From Vicinamibacteria bacterium (GTDB lineage: Bacteria > Acidobacteriota > Vicinamibacteria > Marinacidobacterales > Marinacidobacteraceae), in assembly GCA_963555995.3 (NCBI GenBank), contig OY821641.1, positions 1,184,001 through 1,248,000 on the forward strand: a DNA stretch of 64,000 nucleotides, in the 5' to 3' direction. The notes beneath the pieces were generated by a model, which was not told where the DNA came from, made no database searches, and saw only the letters and a program-made list of their open reading frames with translations. Below, in pieces: positions 10,070 through 19,176 of the stretch; the first letter of the stretch is position 1, and each line of letters begins with the position of its first letter. The position numbers and the translations under genes are program-made.

Positions 10070-12226
10070 TCAGGGGCGGTCGCGCGACATCAGGTAGGCG
10101 TGGACCTGCCAGATCTCGTCGGCCGTGAGCAGTTCCCCGAAGGCCGGCATGTTGTTCTCCTCGATCCCGTCCGCCACGACCTCGTAGAACCGGCGGTGGG
10201 TCAGCCGGCTCCGGAAGACGTTCTCCCCAGCTCCGGGGCCGGCCAAGTGGCATCCGATGCACGCCGAGCGGTAGATCCGTTCGCCGGCGGCGACCGCCGC
10301 GTCGTCCGCCAGGAGCGGGTTGGCTTCTGCGCCGGCCGGCGTTTCCGGCGGAGCCGGTGGGGGTGAGGGCCGCAGCGGTTCCCGGCCTTCCGTCGCCGGG
10401 AAGCCATACCCCGGGAGCACCCGGCCGCCGAGCGTGGCCCCCGGCTCGCCCACCCGGGGCAGCCCGCCCGGCAGGGTGACCAGGTTTGTGCCCGCCTGCT
10501 CGCGCACCGGTCGGGCGCCGTCCAGCGCGAACACCCAGAGGTTCCCGGCCTTCGGCTCGGTGTAGTAGAAGGTCATGTCGCCGCCGATCCCCCCGGAGGG
10601 GACCGCGACGTACTGGACGCCGTCGAGCTCGTAGGTGATGGGGCTCCCGATGATCCCGGAGCCGGTCTGGAACTGCCAGAGCACCTCGCCGCTCGCGCCG
10701 TCAATGGCCATGAAGTAGCCGCGCATGTCGCCGGTGAAGACGAGTCCGGTGGAGGTGGCCACCGCCCCCGCCCAGAAGGGAGCGGGGCTCACGACCCGCC
10801 AGAGCACCTCGCGGTTCACCACGTCGAACCCGACGAAGTTCCCCGGGTTCTCGCTCGTCAGGTACTGCTGGTAGTCCGCGCCCAGGTACCACTGCCCGAG
10901 CGTCGGGGGCTCGAACTCGTCCTCCGCCCAGAACCGGTATCCCATCGCCCACTGGTTCGACATGAAGTAGAGCGCCTGGCGCTCCGGGTTGTAGGCCAGC
11001 GGCTGCCAGTCGATGGCGCCCTCGAGGCTCGGGATGATCGGCCCCACCTCGGGCCCTCCGGACTCCGCCACCATGTCCGGGTTCACGTCCGGGCGGCCGG
11101 TCTCGGGGTCGAGTCCGAAGGCCCAGTTGATGCCCGGGACGATGGGGTCGCCGTAGAGGAAGCGGCCGTTCGTCCGGTCGAGCGCGTAGAAGAAGCCGTT
11201 CTTGTCGTGGTGGAAGAGCGCCTTCACCGGACCGTGACCCGGCAGGGTGACGTCGGCGAGCACCGGCGTGCTGACGGCGTCGTAGTCCCAGCAGTCCCAG
11301 GGGGTGTACTGGAAACCCCAGCGAATGCTCCCGTCGCCGGCGTCCATCGCGATGGTGGCCGCGGTCCACTGGTTGTCGCCCTTCCGCACCTGGCAGTTCC
11401 AGGGGGCCGCGTTTCCGGTGTTCCAATAGACGAGGTTCAGCTCGGGATCGAAGACGCCGGTGGTCCAGGTGGGTCCGCCGCCGTTCTTCCAGGTGTCGCC
11501 CGGCCACGTCTCGTTCCCCGGCTCGCCCGGGCCCGGGATCGTGTAGGTCGTCCAGCGGGGTTCCCCGGTGGCGGCGTCGTACGCCTTCACGAAGCCGCGC
11601 ACCCCGTACTCGCCGCCCGCCATCCCGGTGAGGACCATCCCGTTCACTACCAGCGGTGCGCCGGTGATGCTGTAGCCGTGTTCCCAGTCGGCGACCTCGA
11701 CCTCCCAGGCCACCGCGCCGGTGTCCTTGTGCAAGGCGACCAGCCGGGCGTCCATGGTGCCGACGAAGACGAGGTCGCCGAAGAGGGCCACCCCGCGGTT
11801 GATCGAGCCGCAGCAGAAGACGCGCTCCACCTCCACGCCGATCTCGGGGTCGTAGCCCCACAGCTTCCCGCCGGTGCGGGCGTCGATCGCGAAGACGCGG
11901 GATTCGTCGGCGGACAGGTAGATCACGCCCTCGTGCAGCAGCGGCGTTGCCTCGAGACCCCGGTTCGCGCCGCCGGTGGCGAACACCCAGACCGGATGCA
12001 GGTTCCCCACGTTGTCCGGGGTGATCTGGTCCAGTTCCACGTAGCGGTGGGCGTGGTAGTCCCGGCCGTACATCACCCACTCCGAGGTGTTCCCGCCCGC
12101 GGTTTCGAGATCGGAGGTGGTGACGCCCTGTCCGCGAGCCGCCGGTGGCCAGCAAAGTCCGAGAACGAGCGCCAAGGAAACGCACGCGGCCTGTCCGAAT
12201 CCGCGACGTGACGTGCTTCCCTGCAT
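10070..12226 (-). CDS. PQQ-dependent alcohol dehydrogenase family with C-terminal c-type heme domain
   Basis: Signal peptide, vicinal CC (VFCCGSINRG), GGEYGVRG, WNTGNAAP, WDCWDYD, FQTGSGIIGSPITY, C-terminal CIGCH and MPAF. Confidence 0.92.
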   Translation of the reverse strand: MQGSTSRRGFGQAACVSLALVLGLCWPPAARGQGVTTSDLETAGGNTSEWVMYGRDYHAHRYVELDQITPDNVGNLHPVWVFATGGANRGLEATPLLHEGVIYLSADESRVFAIDARTGGKLWGYDPEIGVEVERVFCCGSINRGVALFGDLVFVGTMDARLVALHKDTGAVAWEVEVADWEHGYSITGAPLVVNGMVLTGMAGGEYGVRGFVKAYDAATGEPRWTTYTIPGPGEPGNETWPGDTWKNGGGPTWTTGVFDPELNLVYWNTGNAAPWNCQVRKGDNQWTAATIAMDAGDGSIRWGFQYTPWDCWDYDAVSTPVLADVTLPGHGPVKALFHHDKNGFFYALDRTNGRFLYGDPIVPGINWAFGLDPETGRPDVNPDMVAESGGPEVGPIIPSLEGAIDWQPLAYNPERQALYFMSNQWAMGYRFWAEDEFEPPTLGQWYLGADYQQYLTSENPGNFVGFDVVNREVLWRVVSPAPFWAGAVATSTGLVFTGDMRGYFMAIDGASGEVLWQFQTGSGIIGSPITYELDGVQYVAVPSGGIGGDMTFYYTEPKAGNLWVFALDGARPVREQAGTNLVTLPGGLPRVGEPGATLGGRVLPGYGFPATEGREPLRPSPPPAPPETPAGAEANPLLADDAAVAAGERIYRSACIGCHLAGPGAGENVFRSRLTHRRFYEVVADGIEENNMPAFGELLTADEIWQVHAYLMSRDRP

Positions 12227-12434
12227 GGCGTTATCGGATTCTGTCAGGCTCGCCACCACCGACCGGGCCACCCAATTCCATCCAGGGTCCCTGACGAGTT
12301 CCCACGGTCGTGGCGGTGGCGCGCCTGGGCGATGTACGCCGCCACGTTTCGTGGTGGATTTCGTCGGGCGCGCCTGCGAGTACTCCATGCGGGTCGCGTC
12401 ACCGATCGCGATTTCGCCGTCGGGCACCTTCGCG

Positions 12435-13649
12435 CTACTCCGACCGCAGCGCGCCCCAAGGCTCGCGCCGGGCGGCGACGACCGCGGGGTAGATGCCGAA
12501 GACCACGCCCACCGTGACCGAGAAGGCGAAGGCCACCGCGAACGCGGTGAGCGGCGGCGCCCCCAACGGGAGGGACGGCGCGAACGCCGGGGCGAGCAGG
12601 CGGAGCCCCGCGCCGAGGGCCGCGCCCAGCACCCCGCCCGCCAGAGAGAGAAGCACCGCCTCGATGAGGAACTGGGCCACGAGCTGCGAGTGCCCGGCGC
12701 CGATGGCCTTGCGGATACCGATCTCGCGGCTCCGCTCGCGGACCACCACCAGCATCACGTTCATCACCCCGATCCCGCCCGCGAGCAGGCTGATGGCCGC
12801 GAGGGCGACGCCCACCGTGACGACCGCGACCAGCACGCCGCGCACCGAACTCAGCAACGCGTCGAGCGAAAGGATCTGGAAGTCGTCCTCGGCGCGGTCC
12901 GGCAGACCGCGGGCGCGCCGCAGCCCCTCGCGGAGCTGTTCTTCGGCGAGCTCCACTTCTTCCAGCGAGCGGGCGCGGTAGTTGAGTTGGACGGGGGTGG
13001 CGCGCCCCTGACCGAAGCGGTCTTCCGCGGTGGTGACGGGGATGAGGACCGTCTCGTTGGGATCGCCCTGGGAGAAGAGGCCCCGCTCCTGTTCCTCGAG
13101 TTCCCCGACGACGGTGAAGAGCACCCCGTCGAGCAGCAGGCGCTCGCCCACCGGATCGGACGATCCGCCCAGTTCCTCCATGACCGCCGATCCGACGACG
13201 GCGGCCCTCGTCCGCCGCCGCATGTCCTCCGGGTTCAGGAAGCGGCCGCGGGCGAGCGTCTTGCCGCCGACTTCGAGGTGGAGCGGCCCCACCCCGTTCG
13301 CGGCGAGTTCGATCTCCTCGTCGCCGAACGCCACCGTGGGGCGCAGGCTCAGCACCGGATCGAAGGCCGCCACCGCCGACGCCTCGCGAAACGCCGCCTC
13401 CCCGTCGGCCACGGTCAGGAACGAACGGCGGCGGATCACGTCGTCCCGTGGCGGGCTCCACATCACCGTGATGTATCCCGCCCCGAGGTCGCCGAACTGG
13501 TTGGCCACCGACTGGGTGAGGCCGTCCGCCACCGAAGCGACCGCGACCACCGACGCGATCCCGATGGCGACCCCGAGGGTGCTGAGGCCGGACCGGAGGG
13601 GGTTGCGGCGGATGGAGGAGACCCCCATCCGGAGGTTTTCGCGGATCAC
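12435..13649 (-). CDS. MacB/FtsX-like ABC transporter permease
   Basis: LRSGLSTLGVAIG, GGIGVMNVMLVVVRERSREIGIRKAIGA. Confidence 0.92.
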   Translation of the reverse strand: MIRENLRMGVSSIRRNPLRSGLSTLGVAIGIASVVAVASVADGLTQSVANQFGDLGAGYITVMWSPPRDDVIRRRSFLTVADGEAAFREASAVAAFDPVLSLRPTVAFGDEEIELAANGVGPLHLEVGGKTLARGRFLNPEDMRRRTRAAVVGSAVMEELGGSSDPVGERLLLDGVLFTVVGELEEQERGLFSQGDPNETVLIPVTTAEDRFGQGRATPVQLNYRARSLEEVELAEEQLREGLRRARGLPDRAEDDFQILSLDALLSSVRGVLVAVVTVGVALAAISLLAGGIGVMNVMLVVVRERSREIGIRKAIGAGHSQLVAQFLIEAVLLSLAGGVLGAALGAGLRLLAPAFAPSLPLGAPPLTAFAVAFAFSVTVGVVFGIYPAVVAARREPWGALRSE

Positions 13650-14959
13650 CGCCCCGCGCCGCGGTCCGGCGCGCCGTCCACCTCCCGCGCCAGGACCTCG
13701 TCCCCGTCCTCCAGGGTGCGGAGGACGAGGGAAGGCCCGACCACGACCGTCTCCCCGGCGGTGAGTCCGCCGGTGATCTCGACCTCCAGCAGGTCGGAGA
13801 GTCCCGTCTCCACCCGCCGTTCCTCAACCCCGCCGTCCCGTACCACGAACGCGACCTGCCAGCCCCCCGCGGGCTCTTCCCCGTCTCCGCCTCCACCCGC
13901 GCGCCGTCCGGTCCGCGCGCTGATGTCGGTGCCGCCCGCGCCCATCCCGATGGTCAGGGACCGCACCTCGCCGGCGCCCTCGGGAAATCGCCGGAGGAGC
14001 GCCCCGATGGGGACGGCGAGCGCGTCTGCCCGCCGGTCGGTCTCGATCCGCACTTGCGCGCTCATGGACGGCCGGACCGCGGGCGGCGGGTCGAGGAGCC
14101 GGATGCGCGCCAGGAACTCGGCGCCCGGGGCTGCGCCCCCGAACCGCGCCGTCTCGTCACGCTGGCCGACCCGCTGGATCTCGACCACCTCTCCGGCGAG
14201 CACGGTCTCGCCGAGCGCGGTGAGGGTGATCTCGGTGGACTGTCCTTCCCGGACCGCGACGACGTCCACCTCGGGCACGTCCGCCTCGACGAGGAGTTCG
14301 TCGTCGGTGCCGAGCGTCATGATCTTCGAGCCCGGCAGGTTCTGGCTGCTGGCGACCACGAGTTCTCCGGGCTCGAGTTCGACCGAGAGCACCGTGCCCC
14401 GCATCGGGGAGCGGACGACGGTCTTGCGCAGGTCCTCTTCGGCGCGGCGGAGCGCCGAGCGCGCCCGCTCGATGTTCTGGTGGGCCCGTTCCCGACCGTT
14501 GGCGGCCCGGTCGAGCGCGACCGCGGTCTCCTCGACCCGGCGGGCGCTCACCACCCCTTCGGCGTGGAGTTCGCGGGCGCGGTCGTGTTCGCGCGCGGCG
14601 TCCTCTTCCTCGATCCCGGCCCCGGCGAGCGCGGTTTCGGCCTCCCGGACGACCGCCCGCTGCTCTTCGACGATGGGCCGCTGGGTCGCGTCGTCAATGC
14701 GCGCCACGATCTGGCCGGGCTCCACCGGGTCGCCGGGGCGGACCGTGACTTCAAGCAGCCGGCCCACCACCTCCGCCGAGATATCCACGCTCTCGCCGGG
14801 GCGCACCACCCCGGAGGCGTCCACGGTGGCCACGAAGTCGCGCGGGGTCACGGTCCGGGTCTCGACGCGAGCCCGCTCGTCGGCGGGCTCCACGCTGAGG
14901 AGCACGAGCAGGGCGGCGCCGCCGAGGACTGCGGCGGCGAGAAGCAGCTTCTTCGTCAC
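13646..14959 (-). CDS. Efflux periplasmic adaptor (MFP) subunit
   Basis: ISAEVVGRL, GDPVEPGQ, coiled coil, RSPMRGTV, VETGLSD. Confidence 0.88.
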   Translation of the reverse strand: MTKKLLLAAAVLGGAALLVLLSVEPADERARVETRTVTPRDFVATVDASGVVRPGESVDISAEVVGRLLEVTVRPGDPVEPGQIVARIDDATQRPIVEEQRAVVREAETALAGAGIEEEDAAREHDRARELHAEGVVSARRVEETAVALDRAANGRERAHQNIERARSALRRAEEDLRKTVVRSPMRGTVLSVELEPGELVVASSQNLPGSKIMTLGTDDELLVEADVPEVDVVAVREGQSTEITLTALGETVLAGEVVEIQRVGQRDETARFGGAAPGAEFLARIRLLDPPPAVRPSMSAQVRIETDRRADALAVPIGALLRRFPEGAGEVRSLTIGMGAGGTDISARTGRRAGGGGDGEEPAGGWQVAFVVRDGGVEERRVETGLSDLLEVEITGGLTAGETVVVGPSLVLRTLEDGDEVLAREVDGAPDRGAGR

Positions 14960-14981
14960 GGGGACGCCCTTGGCGGCGGGA

Positions 14982-15800
14982 TCAAGCGGGGCCGGTTCCG
15001 ATCCGGAAGCTGACGGTATTGGCGAGCAGCGCGGCGCCCACGGCCACGGCGGTGACGAGCGCCCAGAGCCCGAGGGCGACCGTGACCGAGCGCCGCCGGG
15101 TGACCCCCAGCGTGACGGTGAAACCGACGGTGACGAGCGCGATTTCCCAGGCCAGGAAGAGATCCACCCGCGAGGCGAGCGCCGCCGCCGCGCCCTCGAG
15201 GCCGGGGAGCGCCGCGCCGAGGTGCGCTCGCAGTGGCTCGGCGGCGCGCTCCGGCGCCATCGGGTGCGAGAGCCAGACCACGAGGCAGGTCAGGAGCGTG
15301 GAGACCGCCGCCGGAGGCCAGCCCGCGTGGGCGACCGTGGCGAGGATCAACCGGAAGCTGCCCGGCGAGCCGAGGATGCCGAAGAGCAGCAGGAAGAATC
15401 CGGCGGCGGCGACCGGAGCGAGGACGCCGCCGATCCCGCCGAGCACCGGCGCGAAGCTGCGCGAGAGCCGGAGGGCGCCCCGGGTGGACTCGAAGACACG
15501 CTCGCGGTCCGCGTCGGACATGCCGCGCGAGAAGGTCCCGGGCATCCGCTCGGCCTGCTGCTCGAACGTGTGCTGCGCCACGGCGTCGAGGTCGCCGGCG
15601 CGGCTCGCCACGGTCGCCCGGATCGCCCCGGTCAGCGCGAGGGCGATCAGCGCGGCGGCAAGCGCCGGCGACCGGGCGAGTTCACCGAAGGTCCGGCCGG
15701 GCGAGAAGAACATGCCGCCCAGCCGGACGAGCTGGCTTCCCGGCTCGTGTGCGGGAGGCGTCCGCGGCGCCTCCCGGTCCATCGTGCCGCCTGCTTCCAT
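14982..15800 (-). CDS. Yip1 family membrane protein (YknW-like)
   Basis: GMFFSPGRTFGEL start motif, about 5 TM helices, upstream of MFP and permease. Confidence 0.8.
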   Translation of the reverse strand: MEAGGTMDREAPRTPPAHEPGSQLVRLGGMFFSPGRTFGELARSPALAAALIALALTGAIRATVASRAGDLDAVAQHTFEQQAERMPGTFSRGMSDADRERVFESTRGALRLSRSFAPVLGGIGGVLAPVAAAGFFLLLFGILGSPGSFRLILATVAHAGWPPAAVSTLLTCLVVWLSHPMAPERAAEPLRAHLGAALPGLEGAAAALASRVDLFLAWEIALVTVGFTVTLGVTRRRSVTVALGLWALVTAVAVGAALLANTVSFRIGTGPA

Positions 15801-15922
15801 CGTCAATCACCCTCCACGGAGGCTAACGCACCGGAAGGGAACGTCGTTCCGCTACCTCGCGGCGAGAGCCGAGGCCGTCCGACCGGGCCGGAGCGTTTCC
15901 CGGCGACCTGACAGGCATGGAC

Positions 15923-16180
15923 TCAGTCGTAGTGGTAGCGCGCCTGCACGATGTGAACTGCGCCGTCCCGGACCAGGTACAACAACCGGTGTTCCCGGTC
16001 AATGCGTCGAGACCAAAGGCCGGCCAGTTCGTGTCGCAGAGGTTCGGGACGTCCGATGCCTTCGTATGGAGACCTGATGATCTCCTTGATCAGTCGGTTC
16101 ACCCGCCGGAGCCGATTCCGGTCGCAGCCCTGCCAGTACAGGTAGTCGTCCCAAGCCCGTTGCGTGAAAACGAGATTCAC
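15923..16180 (-). CDS. yoeB: YoeB/Txe toxin
   Basis: AWDDYLYWQ, PYEGIGRPEPLRH, WSRRIDREHRLLY, RYHY. Confidence 0.95.
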   Translation of the reverse strand: MNLVFTQRAWDDYLYWQGCDRNRLRRVNRLIKEIIRSPYEGIGRPEPLRHELAGLWSRRIDREHRLLYLVRDGAVHIVQARYHYD

Positions 16181-16428
16181 TCCACGAGTTGGCGGACGGT
16201 TCCGCCGCCGGCCGCCAGTTCGGCAAGGGCCTCCCGGATGCGCCGGGCATTCGCGGGGCTACGCAGGAGGTAGGCCGTTTCGTCGAGTTGATCGTAGTCC
16301 TCCAGGGACATCAACACGACGGACTGCGCGTTTCGGCGGGTGATGACGACCGGTGTACGGTCTTCGCACACGCGGTTCATTGTCTGCGCCAGGTTGGCGC
16401 GGGCGTCCGAATAGGTGATCGTGGTCAT
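16177..16428 (-). CDS. yefM: YefM/Phd antitoxin
   Basis: TYSDARANLAQTMNRVC, VVLMSLEDY, ETAYLLRSPANARR. Confidence 0.95.
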   Translation of the reverse strand: MTTITYSDARANLAQTMNRVCEDRTPVVITRRNAQSVVLMSLEDYDQLDETAYLLRSPANARRIREALAELAAGGGTVRQLVE

Positions 16429-16446
16429 CGGCTCGTTTCCTCGAAC

Positions 16447-16466
16447 TTGTACTGATTATTGTACCA
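16447..16466 (-). promoter_or_regulatory. yefM-yoeB operator/-10 region
   Basis: Two TGTAC cores at 16448 and 16460 (12-bp spacing), like the E. coli YefM TGTACA repeats; TACAAT -10 on the minus strand. Confidence 0.7.
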
Positions 16467-16493
16467 ATACCTCGACCACGACGAGTTTGGTTC

Positions 16494-18002
16494 TCACCCC
16501 GAACCGGTCGTTCGCTCCGGCGTTCCCTCCGCCGCGCGCATCAGGTAGGGCTCGATCCGGTCCGGCGCCGGGGGATCGGTGCGGAGCGACACGAGCACCA
16601 TGACCAAGACGTTCGCCACCGCGCCGTAGATGCCCGGGTGGACCCCGAGGAACTGGAACGCGGGCCACACGTTCAGCGCGAGCGTCACCGCGCAGCCGGC
16701 GAGCAGGCCGTAGATCGCTCCCTCGCGGCTCGCCCGCCGCCAGAACATGGCGGCGATCAGCAGCGGGAAGAACTGGGCGATCGCCCCGTAGGACATGAGC
16801 AGGAGGCTGACGAGCGACGCCTCCGAGCCCACCGCGAGGTAGTAGGCGAGCGAGCCCATCCCCAGCGCGGTCCAGCGGATGAGCCGGGTCTCCGCGGCGG
16901 GCGTCCGGCGGACGCCGCGGAGCGGCACTTCCAGGTCCTTGACCAGCACCGACGCCCCGGCGTGGAGGATCGCGTCGCCCGAACTCATGGAGGCCGCGAG
17001 CGCCCCGGCGCAGAAGAGGCCCACGGTGAGGGCCGAGAGATCGAGGTCCATCAGGATGGTGGGCAGGATGGTGTCGGCGGGCGCGACTCCGGGATAGGTC
17101 ATCACGCCCGCGAAGCCGATGAACAGGACCGGGATCAGGAAGATCTGGAACGTCGGATAGAAGACCACCATCCGCTTCAGTGTCCGGACGCTCCGCGCCG
17201 CGTAGATCTTCATGAAGTAGTGCGGCCACACCGAGAAGCCGAGCACGGAGATGAGCACCGCGCTCGAATAGGCCCCGAACCCCCACGGCGACCCCGCGGC
17301 GTCGAGCCCCGGCGCGACCAGCAGTTCGGGCGCGCTTGCGGCCAACTCCTCGAACATCGGCCCGATGCCGCCGTGGAGCTTCCACGGCAGGTAGAGCCCG
17401 AGCCCCCACGCGAGGCTCAGCATCAGGATGCCCTGGAAGGTGTTCGTCCAGCCCACCCCCATGACCCCGCTGCGGGCGACGTAGATGAGCACGACCCCGT
17501 AGGCGAGCGCGGCGCCCGCCCATTCGGGCATCCGCCCCTCGGTGACCACCGAGAAGACGTAGCCGGCCCCCTTCATCTGGATAACGAGGTAGGGGATGAG
17601 CGCCGCCGCGCTCATCACCGCCATGATCGCGGGGATCGCCTTCGGACTCTCGAACCGGTGGGCGAAGAACTCGGCCTGCGTCACGAACCCGAACCGGCGG
17701 CCGAGCATCGCGATCCGCGGCCCGAGGAAGTACCACGGCAGGAGTCCCACCGTCCCGTAGGAGACGATGTAGAACGCCGCCGCGCCGCGGGAATACGCCC
17801 AGCCCGGCGCCCCGAGGAACGCGAAGGCGCTGTAGATGGACGCCCCCATGATGAAGTACAGGACGAGGAAGCCCAGGCTGCGGTCGCCCGCGACGTAGCC
17901 CTCCGGCGTGTTCGAGACGTTCCGGCCCGAGACCACCCCGATCGCCAGCGTGACCAGCAGGTAGGCGATGGTCGTCAGGAAGACGATGACCCAGGCGTCC
18001 AC
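16494..18002 (-). CDS. Sodium:solute symporter family protein
   Basis: YVAGDRSLG, YSAFAFLGAPGWAY, GVGWTNTFQG, AGALAASMSSGD; about 13 TM. Confidence 0.92.
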   Translation of the reverse strand: MDAWVIVFLTTIAYLLVTLAIGVVSGRNVSNTPEGYVAGDRSLGFLVLYFIMGASIYSAFAFLGAPGWAYSRGAAAFYIVSYGTVGLLPWYFLGPRIAMLGRRFGFVTQAEFFAHRFESPKAIPAIMAVMSAAALIPYLVIQMKGAGYVFSVVTEGRMPEWAGAALAYGVVLIYVARSGVMGVGWTNTFQGILMLSLAWGLGLYLPWKLHGGIGPMFEELAASAPELLVAPGLDAAGSPWGFGAYSSAVLISVLGFSVWPHYFMKIYAARSVRTLKRMVVFYPTFQIFLIPVLFIGFAGVMTYPGVAPADTILPTILMDLDLSALTVGLFCAGALAASMSSGDAILHAGASVLVKDLEVPLRGVRRTPAAETRLIRWTALGMGSLAYYLAVGSEASLVSLLLMSYGAIAQFFPLLIAAMFWRRASREGAIYGLLAGCAVTLALNVWPAFQFLGVHPGIYGAVANVLVMVLVSLRTDPPAPDRIEPYLMRAAEGTPERTTGSG

Positions 18003-18011
18003 GGCTACACC

Positions 18012-18257
18012 CTATTTCTGGTACTCGCGGTCGAGGGCTTCGTCGTCCTCGCGGTCCTTGGCGAAGACCGTCAGGAAGGTGAAGAACACCGTGGCGATCA
18101 TCAGCACCAGCCAGAACATGGAGAACGGCATCCCGAGAACCAGCGGTCGGATGCCGGCGATCCAGGGGTAGAGCGGCCAGATGCTGAGGAGGAGCACCAC
18201 CAGCCCGACCCGGAAGCCAATCCGGTGGCGCCTCCGGAAGCCCGTGCGGCTGCTCAC
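18012..18257 (-). CDS. Small 2-TM partner of SSS transporter (DUF3311-like)
   Basis: PLVLGMPFSMFW motif, immediately upstream of SSS gene; GTGA overlap with upstream gene. Confidence 0.8.
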   Translation of the reverse strand: MSSRTGFRRRHRIGFRVGLVVLLLSIWPLYPWIAGIRPLVLGMPFSMFWLVLMIATVFFTFLTVFAKDREDDEALDREYQK

Positions 18258-19123
18258 GGCTCGACCAGCTCGATCTCGAAGAGCTTCGGCCACTTCTTCC
18301 CGGTCACGAAGATCCGGCCGTTCTCCGGGTCCCAGGCGATGCCGTTCAGGACGTCCATTTCCGGGTACTGGAGCGCGAAGGCACGCGGCAGGATGCCGGT
18401 CAGGTCCACGAACGCGGTGACCTCCCCGGTGTCGGGCCGGATCCGGGCGATGCGGTCCTGGGTCCAGATGTTGGCCCAGATCTCCCCCTCGATCCACTCC
18501 AGTTCGTTCAACTGCGGGAGCGCCTCCCCGTCGGCGGTCACGCTGAGCGTCCGCACCCGGCGCAGGGTGTTCGGGTCCAGGAAACGCAGCTCGTCGGTGC
18601 CGTCACTCATCACCAGGTGCTCACCGTCGAAGGTGAGCCCCCAGCCCTCGCCGGAGTAGCGGAACTCGCGCACCAGCCGGAAGGGCTCCCGGGTGTAGAC
18701 GAACCCGATTTCGGCCTCCCAGGTCAGTTGGAAGATGTAGTCCCCGGCGAGGGCCGCCCCTTCGCCGAAGAACCGGGGCAGCAGTGCGCGCTGCTCCAGG
18801 ACCTCGCCGCTCTCGAGTTCGACCCGCCGGAGGGTGGATTCACCCCGGAGCCCGGTGCTCTCGTAGAGGAAGCCGTCGTGAAAGAAGAGCCCCTGGGTGA
18901 ACGCGCGCGGGTCGTGCGGGAACTCCCGGACCACCCGGTATCCGAAGACCTCGGGCGGGTCGGACTCCGGCGGGGGAGGAGGCTCCGGGGATGGGGCGGG
19001 GACCGGCGCGGGCTCCGCGGGGGATGCCGCCGCGGCCGGACTGCCCTGGGAATCGCCGCACGCGGCCAGCACCAGCAGGAACGGCCAGAGCAAGAGCCCG
19101 GTTGCGCGCCCGCGGTCGGCCAT
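18254..19123 (-). CDS. Glutaminyl-peptide cyclotransferase (bacterial/plant type, lipoprotein)
   Basis: FPHDPRAFTQGL, ESTG, FFGEG, QLTW, GEGWGL, LNELE, VLNGIAW, VTGKKWP. Confidence 0.93.
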   Translation of the reverse strand: MADRGRATGLLLWPFLLVLAACGDSQGSPAAAASPAEPAPVPAPSPEPPPPPESDPPEVFGYRVVREFPHDPRAFTQGLFFHDGFLYESTGLRGESTLRRVELESGEVLEQRALLPRFFGEGAALAGDYIFQLTWEAEIGFVYTREPFRLVREFRYSGEGWGLTFDGEHLVMSDGTDELRFLDPNTLRRVRTLSVTADGEALPQLNELEWIEGEIWANIWTQDRIARIRPDTGEVTAFVDLTGILPRAFALQYPEMDVLNGIAWDPENGRIFVTGKKWPKLFEIELVEP

Positions 19124-19176
19124 GGCGCGAATCATGGCATGACCCATGGGCAGCGGCGGCGTATCCTCCGCGCACC

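Noticed and set aside
12087-15911. 1274-aa plus-strand ORF and similar long ORFs (22534-25635, 29295-32861, 33988-36633, 48057-50321, 59265-62177)
   Set aside because: Antisense or off-frame shadows of well-supported genes in high-GC DNA; Arg/Gly/Pro-rich with no motifs
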